NCBI GenBank assembly: GCA_965116175.1
Contig: OZ220490.1
Location: 955,537-1,019,536 of the forward strand
DNA from: Bdellovibrionales bacterium
GTDB lineage: Bacteria; Bdellovibrionota; Bdellovibrionia; Bdellovibrionales; UBA1609
Direction: 5' to 3'
DNA: 64,000 bases
Both the position numbers and the translations under genes were made by a program. Every line of letters begins with the position of its first letter. The stretch's first letter is position 1. The notes beneath the pieces were generated by a model. That model did not search any database and was not told the origin of the DNA. It saw only the letters and a program-made list of their open reading frames with translations. Below, one piece after another: positions 41,858 through 51,991 of the stretch.

Positions 41858-41975
41858 TGAGAAATTTTTAATTATGATGAAGAAAATAAACACATATTAT
41901 AACTTGCTTATCCGAGGTTAAAAAAACTTAATAAATTTTCCTTTCAAGATGAAGCTGATAAACAAAACAACAATT

Positions 41976-42164
41976 AAATGTACTAGTTACGACTTGATCT
42001 GACACTGTTTGAAAAGATCAGGGTGTATAAATTTAGTCTTGGGCTTGCTAAAAGAAACACACTTTTTCTACCACATGCGGGCGCAACTCAAAGTAGTTTT
42101 AAGCCTGTAAATTAATATCACTCTTTCTAACCGCGTGCGCAACAAAGAACAGCTACTGTATAAG
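41976..42164. repeat. 189-bp direct repeat, copy 1 (begins with a ~45-bp IS481 left end)
   Basis: Same sequence as 43364-43552. Confidence 0.95.
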
Positions 42165-43363
42165 TGTACTAGTTAAGATATGATCTGACAGTTACCCGTG
42201 TCAGTTATCTCCTAATTGTCCGTTTTTTTATTTATCTGTCCTACCTTTTCATCCCACAAATACTTTGCTTCCTTTAAAGTTTGTATTGGGGTTCTGCCAT
42301 TACACATCTTCCCCTGATGCGTCCGCTCATAATTATACTTATACAACCACTCGTCAAGATCTTTTTGCAAAGTTTCTATATTAGTATAAATCTTCTTTCT
42401 AAATGTCACTTGATAAAACTCCTGTAAAATGGTTTTGTGAAACCTCTCACATATCCCATTCGTCTGAGGATGACGAGCCTTTGTCTTCGTATGGTCAATA
42501 TCATTCAAAGCTAAATAAAGCTCATAGTCATGACTATCTGGCTTCCCACAAAACTCCGTCCCCCTGTCTGTTAAAATCCTCAAAATCCCTAAACCCTCCT
42601 GCTCGTAAAAAGGCAACACTCTATCATTTAATAAATCTGCTGCTGTAATCGGCGTCTTCATCTTATAGAGCTTACAATGAGCTATCTTCGTATAAGTATC
42701 TACATAGGTCTGTTGATACACTCGTCCCACTCCTTTTAAGGTCCCAACATAAAAAGTATCCTGACTCCCAAGATACCCCGGATGTTCTGTCTCTATCTCT
42801 CCATGAGCTATACGGCTTTGCTGAAAACGCTCTACAGCTTGTATTTGACTCTCTGTAAGAACTCCCCCAGACTTAGCTACTTTTTCCTCTACATATTTCA
42901 ACCTCTTGTTTATCGTTTCTAAATCATGTCTTAGCCAAACACATCTCACTCCACAAGGGGATATCTTCATACCTTTCTTAGCCAGCTCATTTTTAATACG
43001 GACTTGACCATAAGCAGGATATTCAAAAGATAAACTAAGAATCTCCTCTTCTATAGCTTCATCAATACGATTCCTCATATTTGGCTTTCTTTTGGAAGTC
43101 TCTAAAAGAGCCTCAACACCTCCTTGCTCAAAAGCCATTTTATACCTGTAAAATGTATCTCTTGAAAAGCCCATTACCTTACAGGCTCTTGACACATTAC
43201 CGAGTTGTTCTGCTAAATTCAGCAAACCAACTTTATTTCTTATGATTTTTCTGTTAGTTTCTATCATGGGTTACCTCCTTTATGTTTTGATAGACTACAT
43301 CTTTATCAAAACGGGTAACCCTGATCTTTTCAAACAGTGTCAGATCAAGTCGTAACTAGTACA
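42165..43363 (-). mobile_element. IS481-family element, copy 1 (1199 bp)
   Basis: TGTACTAGTTA...TAACTAGTACA termini enclosing the transposase. Confidence 0.95.
42212..43267 (-). CDS. IS481-family transposase
   Basis: HTH plus rve DDE motifs: SQDTF, LTDRGTEF, PQTNGICERFH. Confidence 0.95.
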   Translation of the reverse strand: MIETNRKIIRNKVGLLNLAEQLGNVSRACKVMGFSRDTFYRYKMAFEQGGVEALLETSKRKPNMRNRIDEAIEEEILSLSFEYPAYGQVRIKNELAKKGMKISPCGVRCVWLRHDLETINKRLKYVEEKVAKSGGVLTESQIQAVERFQQSRIAHGEIETEHPGYLGSQDTFYVGTLKGVGRVYQQTYVDTYTKIAHCKLYKMKTPITAADLLNDRVLPFYEQEGLGILRILTDRGTEFCGKPDSHDYELYLALNDIDHTKTKARHPQTNGICERFHKTILQEFYQVTFRKKIYTNIETLQKDLDEWLYKYNYERTHQGKMCNGRTPIQTLKEAKYLWDEKVGQINKKTDN

Positions 43364-43552
43364 AAATGTACTAGTTACGACTTGATCTGACACTGTTTGA
43401 AAAGATCAGGGTGTATAAATTTAGTCTTGGGCTTGCTAAAAGAAACACACTTTTTCTACCACATGCGGGCGCAACTCAAAGTAGTTTTAAGCCTGTAAAT
43501 TAATATCACTCTTTCTAACCGCGTGCGCAACAAAGAACAGCTACTGTATAAG
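43364..43552. repeat. 189-bp direct repeat, copy 2
   Basis: Same sequence as 41976-42164. Confidence 0.95.
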
Positions 43553-43948
43553 CTACCACTCTACACTCTTTCTACTCGCGTGCGGGAATAACTAAAAGAA
43601 ACAAAAAAAATCTTGAATAATTCCTCTTTTTTTCAGCTGAATTTCCCTAGAATTTAAGAAATTTTAAGATTATTTAAGAAGAATCAAAAATAAAAGCTAT
43701 TTTATATAATTTATGTAAAAATTAAGTCAATTACTGTTTATTTTAAAAGCAATTCAAGCCTTCTGACTTGTTTCCTCAAGGAAAAATTTACAAAATAAAA
43801 AATAGTTTGATTTTCCACTACACTTTTGAGATATAAACCCGCAAGGTAAGTTTAACTCTATTTTGAAGCTTATCAACCCAGGCAGTATTTTAGTTGCTTC
43901 ATAGTTAATAAAACAAAAAATATAGAGAGCAAATACTTGGAGGTGTTC

Positions 43949-44506
43949 ATGTTTAAATTTTTTATATCTTTTTTTATATCGTGCCAAATTCCAATAGCAT
44001 ACAGTCAACAAAGGGAAATTTCTGTTTTACAAGCCAATTTCAAAAGCATTGACTATCATGAAATCATAACAAATTCTTTTCAAGGAGATTGCGAAAGTTA
44101 CTTTTTTTGGAAACACCTCTCTCCTTCTTCTTCTTCAAGTCTATCAATATTAGAAACTGAAAGTTGTATCCTCCACATGTTTACAGTCGGTTTAATCCCC
44201 GTGTGTAACCAAAAAATGGAGTTGTTAAGAACTCTTAATAAAACAAAAGAGCAAAATACTGTTAGACGAATTGAAAAAGAGCTTCTCGCAAATAAAAAGG
44301 CTGGCACTATTTTAATAGCTCAGCTTTATCAAATGGCAGGTGATGCAGATGAAAAGGAGGAAGTTATACAATCTGCAAAAGATAATTTGGATGATTATGA
44401 GACCTCTCCATACGATAGAAATGGCCCTCTCGATCCGGGCAATGTAAAACCAAAGGATAGTTTTTTAAATATGCTGGATAGACTATATCAAGAAATTTGT
44501 GAATGA
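43949..44506 (+). CDS. Secreted hypothetical protein / lipoprotein
   Basis: GGAGGTG RBS before ATG 43949; hydrophobic N-terminus with FISC. Confidence 0.65.
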   Translation: MFKFFISFFISCQIPIAYSQQREISVLQANFKSIDYHEIITNSFQGDCESYFFWKHLSPSSSSSLSILETESCILHMFTVGLIPVCNQKMELLRTLNKTKEQNTVRRIEKELLANKKAGTILIAQLYQMAGDADEKEEVIQSAKDNLDDYETSPYDRNGPLDPGNVKPKDSFLNMLDRLYQEICE

Positions 44507-44686
44507 TTAATTGTTCTTACATTTTAATTCAAACCAGAATAAAATATTAGAAGTTAGTTTTTCTCTGCGCAGAAATTGTCCGTTTGCTTATTCTATATTG
44601 TAAGGATCTGTTTAAATCTGATTTAAACTACCGGAATCAAAAGGTTCAAGATTAAAAGAATTCAATAAAAAAGAAGGGAGGAAAAA

Positions 44687-46087
44687 ATGGCTTTAAGAAA
44701 TAAAAAGATGACATTTAAAAAATCTCAGGAGGTATCTCAAAAGAGCTGTGGACAGGCGCTAAAGAACTTAAAAAAAAGTATAAAAATTTGTTTTATTTTT
44801 ATGACTATTAATCTTTCTTATTCAGAAGGATCTAACAAAACATCCAATGGCACTGAGACTCAAAGTAAGGAAGAACTTAATGTTCAACTTCTAGAAATAG
44901 TTAGTTTGGGAAATATAAAGGAGGTTTCTAGGCTTTTAAAACTTGGCGCAGATGCTAATGCGGGGGATAAATATGGCCGGACAGCTCTTCATTTTGCAAT
45001 TGATTTGAGAGAGACAAAAATTATTCAGCTGCTCATTGAAAACGGCGCGGATATTAGTGTGTGGGATAAGGATGGCCTGACGGCTCTCCATTTTGCAAGT
45101 TTGTATGCAAATCCAGAAGTTGTTCAGCTGCTCATTGAAAATGGCGCGGATGTCAATGCAAAGAGCAGTAAAGGCTGGACAGCTCTTCATTTTGCCAGTG
45201 ATTGGGAAGATCTAGAAGTTGCTCAGTTGTTGATTGAAAATGGCGCGGATGTCAATGCAAAGAATAATAAGGGCTGGACAGCCCTTCATTTTGCCAGTGA
45301 TCGGGGAGAGGTAAAAATTGTTCAGCTGCTGATCGAAAATGGCGCGGATGTCAATGGAAAGAGCAGTAAGGGCTGGACAGCTCTTCATTTGGCAAGTTTG
45401 TATGTAAATCCAGAAGTTGTTCAGCTGCTGATTGAAAATGGCGCAGATATCAATTTGAGGGATGAGGATGGCCGGACAGCTCTTCATTATGCAAGTTTGT
45501 ATGTAAATCCAAAAATTGTTCATCTGCTGATTGAAAATGGCGCGAATACCAATGTGAGGGATGAGTATGGTTGGACAGCTCTTCATTTTGCAAGTTTGTA
45601 TATAAATCCAGAAGCTGTTAAGCTGCTGATCGAAAATAATGTGGATGCCAATGCAAAGGACGAGGATGGCCGGACAGCTCTTCATTTTGCAAGTCTGTAT
45701 GTAAATCCAAAAATTGTTAAGCTGCTGATTGAAAATGGCGCAGATATAAACGCGAAGAATAGTAAGGATAAGGACTTAGCTTTTTATTTTGCCAGTGATT
45801 GGGGATACCCAGAAGTTGTTCAGCTGCTCATTGAAAATAGCGTGAATATCAATGCGAAGGATAAGGATGGCCGGACAGCTCTTCATTTTGCAAGTTTGTA
45901 TATAAGTTCAGAAATTGTTCAACTGCTGATTGAAAATAATGTGGATGTCAATTCAAGAGATGAGGATGGCCGGACAGCTCTTCATTTTGCAAGTTTGTAT
46001 ACAAATTCAGAAGTTGCTCAGCTACTGATTGAAAATGGCGCAGATGCCAATGCGAGGGATAAGTATGGACAGACAGCACTTCATTAG
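44687..46087 (+). CDS. Ankyrin-repeat protein (~12 repeats, ends mid-repeat)
   Basis: Tandem 33-aa G.TALHFAS...VQLLIENGADVNA repeats. Confidence 0.95.
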   Translation: MALRNKKMTFKKSQEVSQKSCGQALKNLKKSIKICFIFMTINLSYSEGSNKTSNGTETQSKEELNVQLLEIVSLGNIKEVSRLLKLGADANAGDKYGRTALHFAIDLRETKIIQLLIENGADISVWDKDGLTALHFASLYANPEVVQLLIENGADVNAKSSKGWTALHFASDWEDLEVAQLLIENGADVNAKNNKGWTALHFASDRGEVKIVQLLIENGADVNGKSSKGWTALHLASLYVNPEVVQLLIENGADINLRDEDGRTALHYASLYVNPKIVHLLIENGANTNVRDEYGWTALHFASLYINPEAVKLLIENNVDANAKDEDGRTALHFASLYVNPKIVKLLIENGADINAKNSKDKDLAFYFASDWGYPEVVQLLIENSVNINAKDKDGRTALHFASLYISSEIVQLLIENNVDVNSRDEDGRTALHFASLYTNSEVAQLLIENGADANARDKYGQTALH

Positions 46088-46205
46088 ACAAGTATATAGA
46101 AACTGCTTAGCTGTTGAAATATGTAGGATCTGAAAGCTATTGGCTTCTATATATTTTGAGTTTTTTCCATTAATAGAAATAACTTTACAAAAAAGTACCA
46201 TGAGA

Positions 46206-47404
46206 TGTACTAGTTACGACATGATCTGACACTGTTTGAAAAGATCAGGGTTACCCGTTTTGATAAAGATGTAGTCTATCAAAACATAAAGGAGGTAACC
46301 CATGATAGAAACTAACAGAAAAATCATAAGAAATAAAGTTGGTTTGCTGAATTTAGCAGAACAACTCGGTAATGTGTCAAGAGCCTGTAAGGTAATGGGC
46401 TTTTCAAGAGATACATTTTACAGGTATAAAATGGCTTTTGAGCAAGGAGGTGTTGAGGCTCTTTTAGAGACTTCCAAAAGAAAGCCAAATATGAGGAATC
46501 GTATTGATGAAGCTATAGAAGAGGAGATTCTTAGTTTATCTTTTGAATATCCTGCTTATGGTCAAGTCCGTATTAAAAATGAGCTGGCTAAGAAAGGTAT
46601 GAAGATATCCCCTTGTGGAGTGAGATGTGTTTGGCTAAGACATGATTTAGAAACGATAAACAAGAGGTTGAAATATGTAGAGGAAAAAGTAGCTAAGTCT
46701 GGGGGAGTTCTTACAGAGAGTCAAATACAAGCTGTAGAGCGTTTTCAGCAAAGCCGTATAGCTCATGGAGAGATAGAGACAGAACATCCGGGGTATCTTG
46801 GGAGTCAGGATACTTTTTATGTTGGGACCTTAAAAGGAGTGGGACGAGTGTATCAACAGACCTATGTAGATACTTATACGAAGATAGCTCATTGTAAGCT
46901 CTATAAGATGAAGACGCCGATTACAGCAGCAGATTTATTAAATGATAGAGTGTTGCCTTTTTACGAGCAGGAGGGTTTAGGGATTTTGAGGATTTTAACA
47001 GACAGGGGGACGGAGTTTTGTGGGAAGCCAGATAGTCATGACTATGAGCTTTATTTAGCTTTGAATGATATTGACCATACGAAGACAAAGGCTCGTCATC
47101 CTCAGACGAATGGGATATGTGAGAGGTTTCACAAAACCATTTTACAGGAGTTTTATCAAGTGACATTTAGAAAGAAGATTTATACTAATATAGAAACTTT
47201 GCAAAAAGATCTTGACGAGTGGTTGTATAAGTATAATTATGAGCGGACGCATCAGGGGAAGATGTGTAATGGCAGAACCCCAATACAAACTTTAAAGGAA
47301 GCAAAGTATTTGTGGGATGAAAAGGTAGGACAGATAAATAAAAAAACGGACAATTAGGAGATAACTGACACGGGTAACTGTCAGATCATATCTTAACTAG
47401 TACA
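46206..47404 (+). mobile_element. IS481-family element, copy 2 (1199 bp), 7-bp target duplication CATGAGA
   Basis: Same termini as copy 1; CATGAGA at 46199-46205 and 47405-47411. Confidence 0.95.
46302..47357 (+). CDS. IS481-family transposase
   Basis: Protein identical to 42212-43267. Confidence 0.95.
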   Translation: MIETNRKIIRNKVGLLNLAEQLGNVSRACKVMGFSRDTFYRYKMAFEQGGVEALLETSKRKPNMRNRIDEAIEEEILSLSFEYPAYGQVRIKNELAKKGMKISPCGVRCVWLRHDLETINKRLKYVEEKVAKSGGVLTESQIQAVERFQQSRIAHGEIETEHPGYLGSQDTFYVGTLKGVGRVYQQTYVDTYTKIAHCKLYKMKTPITAADLLNDRVLPFYEQEGLGILRILTDRGTEFCGKPDSHDYELYLALNDIDHTKTKARHPQTNGICERFHKTILQEFYQVTFRKKIYTNIETLQKDLDEWLYKYNYERTHQGKMCNGRTPIQTLKEAKYLWDEKVGQINKKTDN

Positions 47405-47453
47405 CATGAGATCAATGGAAAATTAGTAGTCTAAAACACATTATTTATTCTTT

Positions 47454-48341
47454 CTAACTATGTTCATACAAATTTTTTAACTTTATTTCAGCATAAACAA
47501 AAAACCCCTCTAAAACTTTTAAAATATAAGGTTCAATTCCTTTAAACATTTCCTCAAAAGAAAGTTCTTTGTATTGGGGATGAAGACCTGAAGCAAGATT
47601 GGATACAAGAGAAAAAGCTCCAATATTTGCGCCAGCCTGTTTTAAAGCAATAGCTTCTAAAACAGTGGACATTCCTACAACATCAAATAAGCCTTTTGAA
47701 CTGGTATTTAACCATTCTATTTGTGACGGTGTTTCCAATTCAGGACCTAAAACCCCAACATAAACCCCTTGGCTTACACAAATACCAAGCCCAATCAATT
47801 CTTTACTGATTTGCTCTCTTATATCAGGATCATAAATCTGTGACATATCAGGAAATCTGGTGCCTAATTTTTCTCCAAGACTGTTCTTTTTTTCAGGTCC
47901 CACAAGAGGGCTTAAGCCTGTCATATTCAAATGATCTTTTAAGGCAACAACTGTTCCCGGTGTATGCTCTATTTTTAATCCTCCTGATATATTGCTTAAA
48001 ATAAAGTTTTTTGTGCCAGCCTGTAAGACCTGCATAACAGGCTCAACCACCTTATCAGCAGAATGCCCCTCATAGGCATGAAGCCTGCCGCATTGAAAGC
48101 CAATAGCTTTTCCGGTAGATTTATGAGCAAAAAAACGATAAAGGCCAGTATGAGAATCTACACTTGGTGTAGGCAAACCCGGAACATCAGAAAAAGAAAA
48201 GCTCTCTAACTCCTCCCAAGCTCTAAATACACTCTGTTTTTTAACCTGATCCAAAGCCGGACTAAAGCCCGATCCTAATACAAAATGAAAAACCGGAGAG
48301 TTGATTTTTATTTTTTTATAATGATTTGCAAAAAAAGACAT
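47454..48341 (-). CDS. Purine-nucleoside phosphorylase (trimeric PNP/XapA type)
   Basis: VLGSG, GRLHAYEG, GPELETP, VGMSTVLE, SLVSNLA. Confidence 0.9.
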   Translation of the reverse strand: MSFFANHYKKIKINSPVFHFVLGSGFSPALDQVKKQSVFRAWEELESFSFSDVPGLPTPSVDSHTGLYRFFAHKSTGKAIGFQCGRLHAYEGHSADKVVEPVMQVLQAGTKNFILSNISGGLKIEHTPGTVVALKDHLNMTGLSPLVGPEKKNSLGEKLGTRFPDMSQIYDPDIREQISKELIGLGICVSQGVYVGVLGPELETPSQIEWLNTSSKGLFDVVGMSTVLEAIALKQAGANIGAFSLVSNLASGLHPQYKELSFEEMFKGIEPYILKVLEGFFVYAEIKLKNLYEHS

Positions 48342-48494
48342 AGAAAATTTAACCTGCAAATAAAATCATATAAAATCCATTTTTGTTTTGAGTTTTTGCG
48401 CTGTTGTTTTTAATGAATAGATGAAATCTCTTAAGATTATAATCCAATTTAGCAATTCAACACTTAGATAAAATAAGTGGAAATGCTTTACCCC

Positions 48495-48929
48495 TTACTG
48501 ACATTCTTCAACTTTATCTATAACTGCATTTATATTTTCATTAAAGTTTTTTGTTTGCCAGGCACTCACAACAGCAAATACAATCTGCTCGGATCTAGTT
48601 CTATAAGGATTTACAAGATCAGCTTGATAATCATAATTAACAAGAGCCTCAAATAGAAAGCCCTCAGATAAATTCCACTCTTTTTCATAAAATCTCAAAG
48701 TTGAATTATCTTCTATATAAATTCTCATCTCTTCACAGGTATTTGCTTGCGCTAAGTTATCGAATAAGTCCAAAAGATCTTCTATATTTTCATCAGACAA
48801 GCTTGTGGATATAACTTTAGAGGCCAAATGAGTCAAAACACCCTCCTTTTGCCGGTCAAGCCAATTTTTAGGATTTAAACTACAGGAAGATAAAAGAAAA
48901 AAACAAAAAATATAAAATATAAACCTCAT
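48495..48929 (-). CDS. Hypothetical lipoprotein
   Basis: Lipobox LSSC. Confidence 0.7.
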   Translation of the reverse strand: MRFIFYIFCFFLLSSCSLNPKNWLDRQKEGVLTHLASKVISTSLSDENIEDLLDLFDNLAQANTCEEMRIYIEDNSTLRFYEKEWNLSEGFLFEALVNYDYQADLVNPYRTRSEQIVFAVVSAWQTKNFNENINAVIDKVEECQ

Positions 48930-49087
48930 ACTTAATATGTCGGTGTTTTTTTATATACTCTTAAATGAGTTTATACTGAGAGCTACTGGAATTTTGAGGG
49001 CTTTTCAAATTTAAGTCCTAAAGGCTGTAAAGATGTTCCCGCGTAGGTTGAGGCTATGGAATTTTGAGGACCTTCCAAATTTAAAGC

Positions 49088-50119
49088 TTATATCTGGTCC
49101 AAATGGCTCCAAAGAAGATGATCAGCTGCAACCAAACAGACTATAGATTCTAGAACTGGAACAGCCCTTGGACCTATACAAGGGTCATGGCGTCCTTTTT
49201 TTGAAACATCCCCTAATGAAGAGGGCGGTTTAAAAGCTGTTTTAATAGAAATTCTATCGCCTGTTGTAAGCCCTCCTCTTAATCCCCCATAATTTTCTTT
49301 TTTGCTGTGAAATTCTATCCCCTTGGCTTTTGCGGAATCCATGCCCAAGCCTATTTCAAAACCAGCTACAGCGCCAAGACTCATAATATTTTTTGCAAGA
49401 TCAGACTTGAATTTTTGAAAAAGGGGCTGGCCGAGCCCTTGGGGCAGGTTTTCTATCCAAAGCTCCACAAGGGAGCCAAAGCTTTCTCCCTCCTCTTTAG
49501 CCTTCATTAAAAGCTGGACAACTTTCTTTGATTTTTCCTTATGCGGAAAACAAGCTTGAAACTTGTCTGAAAGCTCTGAATTTTTAAAAAGCTCTTCTAC
49601 AGGCTGTATTTCTCTCTGAGAAATTTCTATATCGCCAATTTGCCGGACAAAAGCCATGACTTTAAACTGAGGGCAAAGCTTTTTAATAAGCATGCGGGCA
49701 AAAGCCCCTGCAATCACCCTTCCTAAAGTTTCTCTGCCTGAAGACCGCCCTCCCCCGCGATAATCATAATGGCCAAACTTGGCTTTCCAAATATCTTCGC
49801 TGTGCCCTGGGCGAGCTTGTTTTTTTATCAGTTTATAATCTTCACTTTTTGGATCCTTATTAAAAACAATAACAGCTATAGGCGTCCCCAAAGTTTTCCC
49901 TTCAAAAACCCCGCTTAAAATTTTCGCCTTGTCCGGTTCTTTGCGGGAGGATGTCCATGGCCATTTTCCGGGACGCCTGCGATCCAATTCTTTTTGTAAT
50001 ATTTCTGTAGAAACTGTTAAACCTGCTGGACAACCTTCAATCACAATACCCATAGCAAGCCCGTGGCTTTCCCCAAAGCTATGAAACTTAAAAATATGAC
50101 CCATACTATTAGCGCTCAT
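49088..50119 (-). CDS. aroC: Chorismate synthase
   Basis: FGESHG, RPGH, GGGRSSGRET, GRHDPC. Confidence 0.97.
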   Translation of the reverse strand: MSANSMGHIFKFHSFGESHGLAMGIVIEGCPAGLTVSTEILQKELDRRRPGKWPWTSSRKEPDKAKILSGVFEGKTLGTPIAVIVFNKDPKSEDYKLIKKQARPGHSEDIWKAKFGHYDYRGGGRSSGRETLGRVIAGAFARMLIKKLCPQFKVMAFVRQIGDIEISQREIQPVEELFKNSELSDKFQACFPHKEKSKKVVQLLMKAKEEGESFGSLVELWIENLPQGLGQPLFQKFKSDLAKNIMSLGAVAGFEIGLGMDSAKAKGIEFHSKKENYGGLRGGLTTGDRISIKTAFKPPSSLGDVSKKGRHDPCIGPRAVPVLESIVCLVAADHLLWSHLDQI

Positions 50120-50168
50120 ATTAGCAATATCCTTTGTAATTTTAATATTAAAAATATATCACAAAATT

Positions 50169-51989
50169 TCAAACAGGATTGGTATATTTCAAACTCTTAA
50201 AAATCTCTCTTTGTTTTTTAGCCTGTTCTTTAAAAAACTTAAACCCGTTCTGATATTTAGCTCTTACTTTTAAAGCATACTCAAGCCCTGGGGAGTCTTC
50301 TGTATAATTTATGTCCATTACAAGGGAAGGCTTCCAGTGTTTTGGAGGCATTAAACAGCCCTGTTCTATTCTTTTTCTTCCTACAGCCCAAATCAAAACC
50401 TTTGGGGAAAAAGATTTTTCCTGTTCTTTTGTTTTGGTTTTTTTATGAGTTTTTAAAGGCTGGCCTGATCTTGCTGAATAAAACTGAGCGAGAGGCAGAG
50501 ACTTTTGTAAAACCGGCCTTATACCCCCCCCGCCCCATACTACAGTATCCTTTGAAGAATATTTCTTTAACTTTTGCAAAGCATTCCAATCTGTATTAAA
50601 AGCCCGCCAAACTTTTTTATGAAAGATGAGAGTGTTGGCTGTTTTAAAATTCCTGGAATTTTTATCACGGACATCAGCTGATAAAAAAGCCTCCTGTTTT
50701 AAAGGAGAGGTAACAGCAAAAAAAACAAAACCAAAATCATTTAAAATTTTCAAATGCTCTTTATTTAACTCTTTCTCTTTAAGAAGAACAGGCAACACAG
50801 GAATAGAGTTTTTTTTATTAAAAAAATGATTCTGTTCAGCAGGCGTTGCTGAAAAATGAATGGGATGGCCTAAAACCCCTCCCAAAGCTTTTCGTTTTTT
50901 TACAAAAGGCATAGCCTCAGATAAATAGGGCTGATCCAAAACTTCAAAATAAGGTCCTTCTTTTATAAAATGCAAAAACATCCCTGGACCAAAGATCTGA
51001 CGAAACCAAACCCAGCGCCCCTCTTTTGAGCGAGGCAGAAAGCTTCTATTTTTTGGATCTTCACATTGCCAATTATAAGCTGTTTTAAGCTCCTCAAGGT
51101 TAAAAATTTCAACAGCTAATTTTAAATGGTATTTATAAGAGGAAAACTCTTTTAACAAAGTGTTTAGTGGTTTTTCACCTCTGTCATGCAAAGCCAGTAT
51201 ATTGACTCCATCCGGTGGTTCACCCAAACTTAAATCCCAACTCCAATGCTTTTTGTCCTTTATAGAACAAAATGCTCTGGAACACTGAGAGGAAAATAAA
51301 ACTTTATCATCTGGAATAAAATTTCTTATAGTCTGAATAAAGTTTTTATCTGCTGTTTGATCATTTAACTCAAAAAACCTCAAACCCCAATTTAACCTTT
51401 TTTGTAAAAAAGATTTTAATTGTTTTTTATTTTTTATTGCAATTTTAGGATTCAAACGAAGGGTGAAATAGGGGTGGGAAAGTTTTTTAAATCCCAAAAA
51501 CAATAAATCTGAATCCTCCAGCTTTGTAAAACACTCTCTTCTAAAAAGCAATTCATCAGCCTGTTTTAAATACCAAGCTTCCCTTTTTTTATAAAAGTCT
51601 TGGTATTCTTCAAAAGGATTTTTGGAAGGATTTAATTGTGGTCTGTTAAAAAAAATTCTCCCTGTCTTATCACTATGACGACAAAGATAAATGACATTCC
51701 ATGAAGGATTTTTTTTAAAAGCAAATCCTGCTCCTATAGATAAAAAACAAGTTTGATCTTTTGGAATAGAGTTTACAAGCTGACGAAAAGTTTTTCTCTC
51801 CCAATCTCTAAAAAAACCCTCACCCTTTTTAAACAGATTAAAAACACTTTGTCCAGAAGCTTTTTCAATCTCTTCATCCAAGTCAAAAAATAAAGCCTTT
51901 AAGTTATTTTTTTTGTAAAAAGCCTTAATAAGATTTAGCCAATGGCTTTTCCCTGTGCCCCTATGTCCTATAATAATATTTAGGTTCAT
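50169..51989 (-). CDS. Shikimate kinase / (dehydroquinase-like) / shikimate dehydrogenase fusion
   Basis: N-terminal GHRGTGKS and DLDEEIE, GEGFFR (AroK); C-terminal GHPIHFS, VTSPLK, ANTL, FNTD, WGGGG (AroE). Confidence 0.8.
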   Translation of the reverse strand: MNLNIIIGHRGTGKSHWLNLIKAFYKKNNLKALFFDLDEEIEKASGQSVFNLFKKGEGFFRDWERKTFRQLVNSIPKDQTCFLSIGAGFAFKKNPSWNVIYLCRHSDKTGRIFFNRPQLNPSKNPFEEYQDFYKKREAWYLKQADELLFRRECFTKLEDSDLLFLGFKKLSHPYFTLRLNPKIAIKNKKQLKSFLQKRLNWGLRFFELNDQTADKNFIQTIRNFIPDDKVLFSSQCSRAFCSIKDKKHWSWDLSLGEPPDGVNILALHDRGEKPLNTLLKEFSSYKYHLKLAVEIFNLEELKTAYNWQCEDPKNRSFLPRSKEGRWVWFRQIFGPGMFLHFIKEGPYFEVLDQPYLSEAMPFVKKRKALGGVLGHPIHFSATPAEQNHFFNKKNSIPVLPVLLKEKELNKEHLKILNDFGFVFFAVTSPLKQEAFLSADVRDKNSRNFKTANTLIFHKKVWRAFNTDWNALQKLKKYSSKDTVVWGGGGIRPVLQKSLPLAQFYSARSGQPLKTHKKTKTKEQEKSFSPKVLIWAVGRKRIEQGCLMPPKHWKPSLVMDINYTEDSPGLEYALKVRAKYQNGFKFFKEQAKKQREIFKSLKYTNPV

Positions 51990-51991
51990 GA

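Noticed and set aside
44936-45685. Repetitive minus-strand ORFs
   Set aside because: Antisense reading of the ankyrin repeats.
42165-47404. Composite transposon of two IS481 copies carrying the ankyrin gene
   Set aside because: Copy 2 has its own 7-bp target duplication and copy 1 its own flanking repeat, which indicates independent insertions.
48984-49086. Two short direct repeats (TGGAATTTTGAGG...CAAATTTAA) after aroC
   Set aside because: Only two degenerate copies; they may be MITE family A end debris and no function can be supported.
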